A stretch of 64,000 nt of DNA from contig CAZIZG010000007.1 in NCBI GenBank assembly GCA_964543815.1, positions 2,781 through 66,780 on the forward strand, read 5' to 3'. This document shows positions 48,269 through 57,278 of this stretch, in pieces. This DNA is from an uncultured Bdellovibrionales bacterium. GTDB taxonomy: Bacteria > Patescibacteriota > Minisyncoccia > Moranbacterales > UBA1568. Made by a program: the position numbers and the translations under genes. Position 1 is the first letter of the stretch; the number at the start of each line of letters is the position of its first letter. The notes beneath the pieces are model-generated. The model made no database searches and was not told where the DNA came from. It saw only the letters and a list, made by a program, of their open reading frames with translations.

Positions 48269-48817
48269 GTGAGACGACGACGCCACAATCGACCGAAGCC
48301 AAAGGTGCAGGTCAAAGAACACGCCCGAATCAACGAGAAAATCCTCGTTCCTCAAGTAATGGTCATCAACCAAAACGGCGAGAACCTCGGAGTGATGGAT
48401 ACTGCTGCTGCCATTGTGCTTGCTCAGGAACAGGAGGCCGACCTCGTTGAGGTCTCCCCTCTTGCCAAACCGCCAGTCTGCAAGATTACCGATTACGGTA
48501 AACTCCAGTACAAGGCTGCCAAGCAAGAGCAGCAACAGAAGGCCAAGCAAAAAAAGGTGGAGACCAAAGGTATCCGCATCGGTTTCCGGACAGACAAACA
48601 CGATCTTCTTTTCAAAAAGACTCAGGCTGAAAAATTTCTCACCAAGGGCAACAAAGTCCGTCTCGAAATTGTCCTTCGCGGACGAGAAAAGGCCATGCAG
48701 GACAAGGCCAAGGAAAACTTAAACGCCTTTCTCCAAAGCATCACTGTCCCTCATCGCTTTGAAGAAGAAATAAAGCGTGGTCCTATGGGATTCAATGCCC
48801 TCATCGTTCCAGAATAA
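48269..48817 (+). CDS. infC: Translation initiation factor IF-3
   Basis: ARINEKILVPQVMVINQNGENLGVM...AKPPVCKITDYGK aligns with the IF3 N and C domains. The start is uncertain: GTG 48269 or ATT 48251, both non-AUG, as is typical for infC. Confidence 0.85.
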   Translation: MRRRRHNRPKPKVQVKEHARINEKILVPQVMVINQNGENLGVMDTAAAIVLAQEQEADLVEVSPLAKPPVCKITDYGKLQYKAAKQEQQQKAKQKKVETKGIRIGFRTDKHDLLFKKTQAEKFLTKGNKVRLEIVLRGREKAMQDKAKENLNAFLQSITVPHRFEEEIKRGPMGFNALIVPE

Positions 48818-48844
48818 TATCCATCATCATCTAAGAGACATCTT

Positions 48845-49045
48845 ATGCCAAAACTTAAAACCAGGAAGTCAGTCGTTAAAAAAGTAAAGATTACTGGGAG
48901 CGGAAAGCTCAAAACTCGCGCCTCTGGTCAGAATCACTACAATTCACGTAATACCGGTGATGAGACTCGTGCTAAACGCAAAGACAGCGATGTCTACCCA
49001 GCGGTTGCCAAAAACATCAAAGCCTCCCTGCCTTACTCGTTCTAA
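48845..49045 (+). CDS. rpmI: 50S ribosomal protein L35
   Basis: MPKLKTRKSVVKKVKITGSGKLK... Confidence 0.93.
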   Translation: MPKLKTRKSVVKKVKITGSGKLKTRASGQNHYNSRNTGDETRAKRKDSDVYPAVAKNIKASLPYSF

Positions 49046-49114
49046 CGAATAGATTGTAGCAAAGCAGTCAGTATATTACTCAATCACAGTTAACTCACCC
49101 TCAGTTTCACCTCT

Positions 49115-49459
49115 ATGACGAGAATCAAGCGTGGTGTCATGACCAAGAAGCGCCACAAAAATATCCTCAAAGCAGCCAAAGGCTTTCGTTGGGGACGCAA
49201 GAATTTGTTTACCAAGGCTAAAGAAGCCGTTATTAAAGCCGGCAAGTATGCCCATCGTGACCGACGCGCCAAGAAACGCACGTTCCGGAGTCTCTGGATT
49301 ACCCGACTGAATACCGCTCTCAGGCTAAATGGTCTTGTTTACCGTGACTTTATTGCCCTCGAAGGCAAGAAGAACATCACCCTTGATCGCAAGGTACTCT
49401 CACAGTTGGCCGCGGAAAACCCCACCGTCTTTGCCAAATTTATTGAATCTGTAAAATAG
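49115..49459 (+). CDS. rplT: 50S ribosomal protein L20
   Basis: MTRIKRGVMTKKRHKNILKAAKGFRWGRKN... Confidence 0.95.
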   Translation: MTRIKRGVMTKKRHKNILKAAKGFRWGRKNLFTKAKEAVIKAGKYAHRDRRAKKRTFRSLWITRLNTALRLNGLVYRDFIALEGKKNITLDRKVLSQLAAENPTVFAKFIESVK

Positions 49460-49485
49460 AGGAAGTACTGATTCTCGTCAAAAAT

Positions 49486-49515
49486 CGCCTCCTACTTTTT
49501 AGGAAGGCGGTTTTT
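49486..49515 (+). terminator. Possible terminator after rplT; overlaps the 3' end of the convergent vanZ gene
   Basis: Imperfect hairpin CGCCUCCUA-CUUUU-UAGGAAGGCG followed by GUUUUUCUUUU. Confidence 0.3.
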
Positions 49516-49941
49516 CTTTTGAGAAAAAAGAAATAATAGCCCAACGCCGACTACTATCCCAATGCCATCAATAAGGACATCAACTATTGCCGCCCCTCGT
49601 AAAGGAACAAAAAACTGATGAAGTTCATCTGTTGCTGCATACATGAGAGAAAAGGCCGACGAGAGAACAAGAATCCGTGTCCGTGCCTCGTCTCGGAAAG
49701 ATATTCGAAAATAATGAAAGGTCAAGAGAAGCAGGACAGCATATTCAAAAATATGCGCACTCTTCCGCTCCAAAAAATACCAAAGCGGTGGCGGTCCTTC
49801 AGTCATATGGCCATTCATGGTAGAAAAAGAAAAGATTACCCCTAACCAGAGTAACCACAGGAAGAACGCTATCGGTCGAGAGGCGAAAAAATGCACCAGC
49901 AATCCCTTTGGCATAGAAGTACTATTTCTTGCGTTGCCCAA
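49492..49941 (-). CDS. VanZ-family membrane protein
   Basis: Four TM helices with conserved FEYAVL and DELHQ blocks. Confidence 0.75.
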   Translation of the reverse strand: MGNARNSTSMPKGLLVHFFASRPIAFFLWLLWLGVIFSFSTMNGHMTEGPPPLWYFLERKSAHIFEYAVLLLLTFHYFRISFRDEARTRILVLSSAFSLMYAATDELHQFFVPLRGAAIVDVLIDGIGIVVGVGLLFLFSQKKNRLPKK

Positions 49942-50036
49942 ACTCCTCTATCAGGTGAAAAAGGGCGTAGAAGGGCAACCAAAGCCACACCGTCTTCTTG
50001 AGAAAGTTATCAATAGAACTGTTGATATTCATAGAC

Positions 50037-50765
50037 CTATTTCGCTAACGGATTGACACAGTGATCACTGATTTCATAGACCACATCTTTCTTTTCGACA
50101 ACGATTTTCCAACCGTGTTCCTCGGCGGCCGCCTTCAAATTCTGATTGGGATTAAAGGCAATAGGATGTTCCACCAGTTTGAGGAAGCCAGCATCTGACT
50201 CTGTATCGCCAATGCCATAGGAGTCCTCTAGAGTGAGCTTATGCTCAAAAAGATACTGCTCCACCAGACTTCCTTTATCACGAGAAGGTTCGAAACTCGC
50301 CTCGCCAGTATACAAACCATTTTCATCTACGGCATAGACGCTCCCGAATGAACCATCAAATTTGAGATACTGCCTATTATATTCCTCCACTACTTCAATC
50401 GGCGAACCAGAAATGACCAAGAGATGATAATTTTCTGCCCGTAGTTTTTTAATCAGGTGTTCGGCATAAATATAGGTACGCTTAGCATGAAAAGGCACAA
50501 GCATTCTACTTGCCTTGAGGACTGCCTCGCGCGAACAACCTCGGATATGCTCCGAATAAAGCTTCACTAAAGCCTTGCGGTAATCTTCGTAGGTTCCCTC
50601 GTGCGTCAACCACCCAGAGTAAATATTAGAAAGTTCGTCACGGGCTTCCCGAGGAAATACTTTCATCCAAGTCAATTCATTGATGAGTTCAAAATGGAGA
50701 TTCTTACGAAAAATCGTCCCATCAATATCAAAAATAGCAATTTTCGTTTTCTTTTTGTTCGGCAT
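50037..50765 (-). CDS. HAD-superfamily hydrolase (subfamily IB-like)
   Basis: Motif I (IAIFDIDGTI), motif II (ISGSP) and motif IV (GIGDTESD). Confidence 0.8.
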   Translation of the reverse strand: MPNKKKTKIAIFDIDGTIFRKNLHFELINELTWMKVFPREARDELSNIYSGWLTHEGTYEDYRKALVKLYSEHIRGCSREAVLKASRMLVPFHAKRTYIYAEHLIKKLRAENYHLLVISGSPIEVVEEYNRQYLKFDGSFGSVYAVDENGLYTGEASFEPSRDKGSLVEQYLFEHKLTLEDSYGIGDTESDAGFLKLVEHPIAFNPNQNLKAAAEEHGWKIVVEKKDVVYEISDHCVNPLAK

Positions 50766-50785
50766 ATCATTCTTTCATTTATGAT

Positions 50786-51304
50786 TCATCGCTCTTTCAT
50801 TGTACTCATAATCTGATAGAGAGCAATCCCGGTAGCCACAGAAACATTGAGCGAGTTTTTTTCTCCCCGCATCGGAATCTCAAGGATAACATCACATTGT
50901 TTCAATATTTTCTCTTCTACTCCACCTACCTCATTTCCAACAATGAGTGCTATCTTTTCTGAGGACTGATATGTTCGGTAGTCAATACTCGTTTTGGCTT
51001 GTTCTAAAGCCACAATCACATACCCCTCCTTTCGGAGGCGAGTCATGAGGCGAGTAATAGAAGCAACCTTTCGCCACGGCATCATCCGTTCAGCCCCAAG
51101 CGCTGTTTTTCGGAGCGCCTTGTCGGCATCAGTGAGATAGATTGCATCGTCTTTTGGAGGATGAGGAGTATAGCCGGCAAGAATAACTTCGCTCACTCCT
51201 GCCCCATCAGCCGTACGAAACATCGAACCTACATTATGAGCACTCCGAATATTATGCAAGACCAAAACCACTTTTCTAGAATTATCGCGTACCATACTGT
51301 TCAA
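50786..51304 (-). CDS. SpoU/TrmH-family RNA 2'-O-methyltransferase
   Basis: SPOUT knot motifs (LHNIRSAHNVGSMFRTADGAG, LIVGNEVGGV, SLNVSVATGIALY). Confidence 0.85.
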   Translation of the reverse strand: MNSMVRDNSRKVVLVLHNIRSAHNVGSMFRTADGAGVSEVILAGYTPHPPKDDAIYLTDADKALRKTALGAERMMPWRKVASITRLMTRLRKEGYVIVALEQAKTSIDYRTYQSSEKIALIVGNEVGGVEEKILKQCDVILEIPMRGEKNSLNVSVATGIALYQIMSTMKER

Positions 51305-52301
51305 ACAATTGTTTCCCCGTCTCCCAGATTGCTGAATACTCTTTTTTCGTCTTCATCCAATACCACCACTCTCCACCCCAAAGATAAATGTCATGAAACC
51401 CCACCTGTCTCGCATAATCAACATTCTCCTGAAGTTTGGTTTCATTCATCGTTATAAACTGTTCCTCTAGTGGCACATTGGCCACCCAACCACTGGCCCA
51501 CGGCTCAGCCTGTAATTCGATAACGGAGAGATTCCGCTGATGAGCAAACGTCCGAACTATCCACGCTTTAAAACGGAAAAAATTAGGACCAATCGGGTAG
51601 GTGAAATAACCGCCTGCTTTCTGACTGTAGATATCCCTGTAGAGGGTTGTCCCAAAAGCGTCCCCTCGGCTGGCGGCGCCATACCAGAGTGAGAGTTCAC
51701 CGCTATCAGTGAGGAGAACCGGACGTGAAGGATCAAGACTTTTCGTCAACGCTATTTCTTGTTCCAAGAACTGAACATCGAAATCTGGACAGATACCGAA
51801 TGGCAAAAACGGTTCATTTTCAATTTGCCAAGTAGTGATGGCCGGAACATTTTTGTAACGCTCAATTGTCTTCTCAAGAAACCGCAACACACCCTGTCTC
51901 CGTAACTGTTCATCTTCCTTTGCCCAATCCGGAATATGACACTCCGGCCAACGAGGCACCTTCAATCCCATAGTAAGAATCACCGTCGCTCCCCGCTTCC
52001 CAGCTTCCTCTATCTGCCAATCCAAGTCTGCATAATCATATTCCCCCTTTTGTTTTTCTATGAGATCCCAATAGGCTGGTAAACGCCATTCACGAATCTT
52101 CATGTCATCGAGGAGCGCCAGATATGTTTCATGCCAATCAAGTCCCAGCCCCTCTGCGTAGCGTGACGAGAATGTCATCCCGAGTACCACATCTTCACGG
52201 GGCGCTGGTCCCGGCAGATTGAAATACCCAAAAAGTACAGCTACTGACAAGAGCATCACCACTACCACGGTGCCGAGGTATTTAAGGATTTTTTTTACCA
52301 T
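51282..52301 (-). CDS. Membrane-anchored TIM-barrel glycoside hydrolase-like protein (GH5-like NEP motif)
   Basis: N-terminal TM, then WQIENEP (candidate acid/base) and a second Glu context (IELQAEPW). The family assignment is tentative. Confidence 0.55.
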   Translation of the reverse strand: MVKKILKYLGTVVVVMLLSVAVLFGYFNLPGPAPREDVVLGMTFSSRYAEGLGLDWHETYLALLDDMKIREWRLPAYWDLIEKQKGEYDYADLDWQIEEAGKRGATVILTMGLKVPRWPECHIPDWAKEDEQLRRQGVLRFLEKTIERYKNVPAITTWQIENEPFLPFGICPDFDVQFLEQEIALTKSLDPSRPVLLTDSGELSLWYGAASRGDAFGTTLYRDIYSQKAGGYFTYPIGPNFFRFKAWIVRTFAHQRNLSVIELQAEPWASGWVANVPLEEQFITMNETKLQENVDYARQVGFHDIYLWGGEWWYWMKTKKEYSAIWETGKQLFEQYGTR

Positions 52302-52310
52302 AATACTCTA

Positions 52311-53249
52311 CTATACAATACTGAGCGGTACCCCGCTCAAAGTCGCCAACCACAATCCGAGTCCGATAATAATAACCGCTGTTACTTTCTGAAACCAATC
52401 CCAGAAAAAAAGACGCTCACCAAAAACTGCCGGGTAGCGAAGCGAGAGAGGTAGAGTCATGAGAAGAAGAAAGACGTATTGCATTCCAGAAACAGCCTGC
52501 ACAAATGACACTGAACCGAGATAAGTAGCATACGAAATCAGAATGGTAGCCAATCCGGCAGTCGATTTATTGAGAACAAAAAGTATCCCCGTACTCGCCG
52601 CTCGTTTGCTCTGTCTACCAAAACCATGAAACTGAGCAAAAATTTGTTGTCGAAAAAGTGGTACCAAAAGAAGCGATAGTCCCGCCAGTACCATTCCAAT
52701 ACGTGACCATACTAAACCGCTGACAAAATTCGAATGAGCGTAACCATTTTTTAATAATACAAATGAAAATCCGATGCAAATTCCGGCAATCACCACATAA
52801 CGGGATATGTGCTCTCCGCGACGAAGTGGGAGATCAAAAGATATAAGAAGACCACCAAGGATTAAAAGCATGAGGGCTATGATGTACCATGTATCAACAT
52901 TTGATTCACCAGGTGCCCCTGGAAAAAATACCACTAGAAATGCCACCAATGAGGTAATAGTTCCCACCAGCGGCGACACCCGAGAAATTTCATGTTGCTT
53001 CATCGCCGTATAGAATGCCACCAGACCATATACAAAGAGTAGTCCAGAAAATAAAAAAAGTACTGTTGTCTCAAAATCAAGAACACGGAAACCAAAAGGA
53101 GCAAAACCGAGACCAAAAAGACTAAAGAGGGCAACAAAAAACGCATACACGGCTGGAGTTGGTATACGATCAGAGAGGAGGTATTTATCAAAAACTGCCG
53201 AAACAGCATTAAAAAAATATCCCAATAATGCAACAAGCGCCCATGTCAT
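52311..53249 (-). CDS. Polytopic membrane protein (possibly DMT/EamA-like)
   Basis: 312 aa with about 9-10 hydrophobic helices and no soluble domains. Confidence 0.5.
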   Translation of the reverse strand: MTWALVALLGYFFNAVSAVFDKYLLSDRIPTPAVYAFFVALFSLFGLGFAPFGFRVLDFETTVLFLFSGLLFVYGLVAFYTAMKQHEISRVSPLVGTITSLVAFLVVFFPGAPGESNVDTWYIIALMLLILGGLLISFDLPLRRGEHISRYVVIAGICIGFSFVLLKNGYAHSNFVSGLVWSRIGMVLAGLSLLLVPLFRQQIFAQFHGFGRQSKRAASTGILFVLNKSTAGLATILISYATYLGSVSFVQAVSGMQYVFLLLMTLPLSLRYPAVFGERLFFWDWFQKVTAVIIIGLGLWLATLSGVPLSIV

Positions 53250-53301
53250 AGAGAAAACTTTATGTTTGTTTTTTCATTATACCATCAGGGATGATATATC
53301 T

Positions 53302-54120
53302 TTAATTCTCTACCACCTTTTGGTAATAAAGATCAACATCAGCTATCCATTTTCGGACACTTTCTGGACTATGAGTAGCACAGCTGGAACCGCATTTCCA
53401 AATAATCAGATTTTTTGGCTCACTGGTTTTTCTCTGTGCTACCAGCTCTGCAATACGATTTCCAACAGCATGAACCGCCTCTTCTGGAGTCCCGAAACAA
53501 CCATGCCCCATAGCGGTACCCCGACTCCCCGCCCCCTTGAATCCCCAATAGTTGAAGCAGTCAGCCCCGTCAATCGATCGGGGGACACGTTTTCCCCAAT
53601 TACTTTCCTTTTTAGCGATACCCACAATTAAGGCTGCTACGCTCCTGTCATACTCTGCAATAGTAGGAGCCATGATTTCGATAGGATAACCAGCTGCCAA
53701 CTCTGTGATTCGACGTACCAGCGCCTCATCCTGATTCGTTGTTGCCTTCCCGTTATCTGCCACCTTGTCTTTCTTAGTAATTTCAGCACACGGTATCATC
53801 TCGCCATCTTTCTTTTTTTCATTTTGAAGCTCACTAAAGAATGAAAAATCCCTCTGCCAACGGCAGACTTCGTCAGAACTCACCGGTACCGCCTCGGTCA
53901 CTTTTTCAGTCTCCGAAGCCAAATCGGTAGTAAGATTTTTTGGATGAAGTGTTGGTAAATTTGGAAAGACAGTACTGCCACTGAGCACTAGTATTGTCAA
54001 CGAAGAAAAGCCTTTTTTGCTAAAAAAGGAAAGAAGATGCCAGTACCGCTTCAGTTGTGATAGTCCTCCTCTGATACTACCTCGCCTGAAAGAATCACCC
54101 ATAGAGTGACCGTCTATCAT
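53302..54120 (-). CDS. Membrane-anchored GH73-like (glucosaminidase-fold) putative peptidoglycan hydrolase; paralogue A
   Basis: TM, then a C-terminal domain with the KKESNWGKR...CFNYWGFKG blocks resembling the ESGWG...NNLFGIK motifs of the glucosaminidase domain. Four conserved Cys are shared with the paralogue at 54385-55341. Confidence 0.5.
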   Translation of the reverse strand: MIDGHSMGDSFRRGSIRGGLSQLKRYWHLLSFFSKKGFSSLTILVLSGSTVFPNLPTLHPKNLTTDLASETEKVTEAVPVSSDEVCRWQRDFSFFSELQNEKKKDGEMIPCAEITKKDKVADNGKATTNQDEALVRRITELAAGYPIEIMAPTIAEYDRSVAALIVGIAKKESNWGKRVPRSIDGADCFNYWGFKGAGSRGTAMGHGCFGTPEEAVHAVGNRIAELVAQRKTSEPKNLIIWKCGSSCATHSPESVRKWIADVDLYYQKVVEN

Positions 54121-54245
54121 CCGCAGTCTCTTGAGACCTACAGTCCTCCCAGACAGTAAGAAAATTCATTACGAACGTACTGTTGAAGATAGCAAATTTT
54201 GGTGTATTCGTCAATGAAGAAAGAGCCTTATTTAATTAATTTATT

Positions 54246-54266
54246 GGCTTATTTAAAGCAAAATAA
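54246..54266. repeat. 21-nt direct repeat copy 1 (GGCTTATTTAAAGCAAAATAA)
   Basis: Repeated at 54360-54380 within the same AT-rich intergenic spacer. Confidence 0.4.
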
Positions 54267-54359
54267 TTCAAGAATCGCTTCTTACAAGGTTAAAATTTTA
54301 CCTTAGATAAGGGAAAAAACGAACAAAATAAAAAAGGCCACTTCTAGTGTATTGAAATG

Positions 54360-54380
54360 GCTTATTTAAAGCAAAATATT
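54360..54380. repeat. 21-nt direct repeat copy 2 (GGCTTATTTAAAGCAAAATAT)
   Basis: 20 of 21 bases identical to the copy at 54246. It lies immediately 3' of the stop of the upstream paralogue. Confidence 0.4.
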
Positions 54381-54384
54381 ACAT

Positions 54385-55341
54385 CTATTCATCAGACAGC
54401 TGCGAGAAATACATATCTACGTCACTAATCCATTTCTTGACGCTTTCTCGGCTATGCCCCTGACAACTGAAGCCGCATTTCCACACAATCATCTTTTCGG
54501 GCGTATCAAGTTTCTCTGATTGAATCAGTCTTTCCAGGCGATGAGCTACTGTTTCCACGGCATCCTTACGGCTATTGAAACAGGTATGACCACCCGTTCC
54601 CATCATCCGGCGCACCCCGCGATACCCCCAATAATTAAAGCAGTCTTGCCCCTCAAGAACCGGGATACGTTTTCCCCAATTACTTTCTTTTTTTCCGATG
54701 CCAATAAGAAAGGCGGCCGTCAACCGATCTTGCTCGAAAATATATGGGAGCATCGCTTCGATAGGATACCCCTTTACCATTTCACGGATACTTTCCTCGT
54801 ACTTCTCCTTAGTTACCTGACCAAAATATTCAAAAAATACGTCCTGATCAGGATTATATTCTTGAGTAGGGGTCAATGTTCTTTCATTATTGAGGCTTTC
54901 AGTAGGAGTTATATTCACTACTGGCGCAGTCTCTGAACGAGCAAAGACTCCTGGGCCAAAAGCATGCTCAATAAAGGCCATACTGACCATTCCAAAGGCA
55001 ATGCCGCTCATAATAGATGCATAGAGCATTTTATGAGGACTAAAAGCTGGAAGCACTCGAGCTAACAGACGACGTACTCGCCGCCTATACAGTTGACCAC
55101 GTCGCACCAAACGCATACCTATACTACTCCAGGTCTGCTCCTGTAATTCGAGAAGCAGGCTGTGACGTTCGGTACGTATACCATCTAAGCCTTTTTGTGA
55201 GGAGCTTATAGTAGCGGCCGGCAATCTCACTCGAGACGTTGGGGTCACTATCTTCCGGTTCGACACCGGGGCGATATCCATAGCGGGTGCTTTTCTTCGA
55301 ACGTGCTCAGCAAGCGATGATTCCAAAGAATAGGCTTTCAT
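54385..55341 (-). CDS. Membrane-anchored GH73-like putative peptidoglycan hydrolase; paralogue B
   Basis: Shares the C-terminal domain GYPIEAM...IGKKESNWGKRIP...DCFNYWGYRG...WKCGFSC...KWISDVDMY with paralogue A. The N-terminal regions are divergent. Confidence 0.5.
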   Translation of the reverse strand: MKAYSLESSLAEHVRRKAPAMDIAPVSNRKIVTPTSRVRLPAATISSSQKGLDGIRTERHSLLLELQEQTWSSIGMRLVRRGQLYRRRVRRLLARVLPAFSPHKMLYASIMSGIAFGMVSMAFIEHAFGPGVFARSETAPVVNITPTESLNNERTLTPTQEYNPDQDVFFEYFGQVTKEKYEESIREMVKGYPIEAMLPYIFEQDRLTAAFLIGIGKKESNWGKRIPVLEGQDCFNYWGYRGVRRMMGTGGHTCFNSRKDAVETVAHRLERLIQSEKLDTPEKMIVWKCGFSCQGHSRESVKKWISDVDMYFSQLSDE

Positions 55342-55370
55342 GTTTTTTTCTAGAGATTTCCCAAAGGAAA

Positions 55371-56195
55371 TTACCTTTCCAGTTTATCATGATTTTTTTT
55401 ACGGAGCCAGAGAAAAAGTAACCCACCAGAAAATACCATGAGCAACGAAAGAACTTGGCCTCGAGTAAACAAAGAAAAAAGTAACGCTATACCTGGGTCA
55501 GGTTCACGAAAAAATTCTACTAAACAACGTAACACACCGTAGAGAACAAGAAAAAGCGCGCTCAATTGACCGTTTTTTAATCTTTTTTTTGCTAAGAAAA
55601 GCAAGCAAAAAAGTACCATGCCCTCAAGCAAGGCTTCATAAAGTGTCGACGGGTGCCGTAAGATGACGTCGAACGGAAAGTACATACCCCATGGCAATGT
55701 CGTAATCCGTCCCGGCAGTTCTCCATTAAGAAAATTCCCTATCCGACCAAAAAAAAGAGCGAGTGGCGCCGCAAGAGCGATACTATCAGCCAATACCAAA
55801 AAATTCGCCCTTCTCGACCACGAAAAATACCCTAACGCTGCGAGTGCTCCGATAAGCCCACCGTGAAAACTCATTCCCGAAACCCCTACCCAATTTCCAC
55901 TAGCATCAAGTGGTGAAAAAAATAATACTAGTTGTTCCGAAGAGAGAAGCGGTTGGTACAGAAGCAAAAATCCGACATGACCACCAAAGAGTGCCCCGAA
56001 AAATAAAATCAAATAGAGGTCAACAATTTCCGAACGCTCCATTAAATGATTACTTCCCTGAAAAAAAAGAGTATACCAAAGAGCAGAGATAAAACCGGCC
56101 AGCCAACAAAGAGCATACCAGCGAATCGAAAAAAAACCGACCTGAAAAGCAATCGGGTCGATATATTCCGGCAAATGTTGCCACCACGCCATCAT
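55371..56195 (-). CDS. lgt: Prolipoprotein diacylglyceryl transferase
   Basis: Lgt signature GRIGNFLNGELPG and the conserved W/H/Y blocks. Confidence 0.9.
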   Translation of the reverse strand: MMAWWQHLPEYIDPIAFQVGFFSIRWYALCWLAGFISALWYTLFFQGSNHLMERSEIVDLYLILFFGALFGGHVGFLLLYQPLLSSEQLVLFFSPLDASGNWVGVSGMSFHGGLIGALAALGYFSWSRRANFLVLADSIALAAPLALFFGRIGNFLNGELPGRITTLPWGMYFPFDVILRHPSTLYEALLEGMVLFCLLFLAKKRLKNGQLSALFLVLYGVLRCLVEFFREPDPGIALLFSLFTRGQVLSLLMVFSGGLLFLWLRKKNHDKLER

Positions 56196-56197
56196 AC

Positions 56198-57256
56198 TTA
56201 CTCGTTATACTCCTTGAGCTGATCTCGAAATTCGATACTGTATATCTCGGAAAGGGCCATGAAGAGAGAAACGATAATCGGACCAATAATAAAGCCGGGT
56301 AAGCCAAAAAATGCAATACCTCCGAGTGTAGCAAAGAAAATAAGTAGTGGGTGCATCTGCGTATCCTTACCAACCAATTTCGGACGAAGGATATTATCAA
56401 TAACCGAAATGACTCCAATCCCCACTGCCAAAATAAACACGCCCTGCCAAACATCACCAAGAAGGATAAGGACGAGGCCAGCCGGCAACCAGACGATGGT
56501 TGAACCAATCATCGGAATAATAGAGAGAAGAATCATAATAAGACCCCAGATAGCCGGTGATGGCACTCCGGCGACCCAGAAAGCGATACCTCCGAGGAGT
56601 CCCTGAATAGCACCGATGACGAGCGTTCCCTTGAGGGTGGCCCGACTGATTGAGATGAATTTAGCGATGAGGAGTTCGTCATGCTCATTTTTGAGCGGAG
56701 AGAGCTGCATAAACGAACGAAGTGTCTTCTTGCCATCCATGAGGAAGTAGAAGAGGGTAAAGAACATGATGAACACCCAGAAAATAAAGTGAGTGATACC
56801 CTGATACGCTGCCTGAAGAAGCCCTAGGGCGTTTTGGCTAAACTGCTTGATATCATCAATAATCTGTGCCTGATCAAAAGCGGCTGTATCAAAAAGAACT
56901 CCCGCATACGGAGCAGACTGAATAGCGCCGAGAATCTTACTAATCGATGTCTGGAGTACTGACTCCTGTGCGAGCATACGATAGAGATTCCCCGCCTCAC
57001 TGACTGCGAGACTGAGAACGAGGAAAAGCGGCGTAATGATGATAATAATCACCAGAAGACAGGTGAGAAACGAGCTTACTCCACGGCGTCCACGAGTAAG
57101 TCGCTCGAGAAAATGATACGGCCGTTTAAAGAGAGCAGCCAGGATAGCGGCTGCCACGATGGCGGTCAAGAATGGCTGAAAAATAAAAAAGACAAACATC
57201 GCCACCGCGAGAAAAACAAAGAAGAAAAAGAAAACGTTAAGTGATTTGAGTTGCAT
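56198..57256 (-). CDS. AI-2E family transporter (second copy in window)
   Basis: 352-aa polytopic protein with the C-terminal IIPMIGSTIVWLPAGL block. Confidence 0.85.
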   Translation of the reverse strand: MQLKSLNVFFFFFVFLAVAMFVFFIFQPFLTAIVAAAILAALFKRPYHFLERLTRGRRGVSSFLTCLLVIIIIITPLFLVLSLAVSEAGNLYRMLAQESVLQTSISKILGAIQSAPYAGVLFDTAAFDQAQIIDDIKQFSQNALGLLQAAYQGITHFIFWVFIMFFTLFYFLMDGKKTLRSFMQLSPLKNEHDELLIAKFISISRATLKGTLVIGAIQGLLGGIAFWVAGVPSPAIWGLIMILLSIIPMIGSTIVWLPAGLVLILLGDVWQGVFILAVGIGVISVIDNILRPKLVGKDTQMHPLLIFFATLGGIAFFGLPGFIIGPIIVSLFMALSEIYSIEFRDQLKEYNE

Positions 57257-57278
57257 ATGTTTAAAATGCTTCTAAGTC

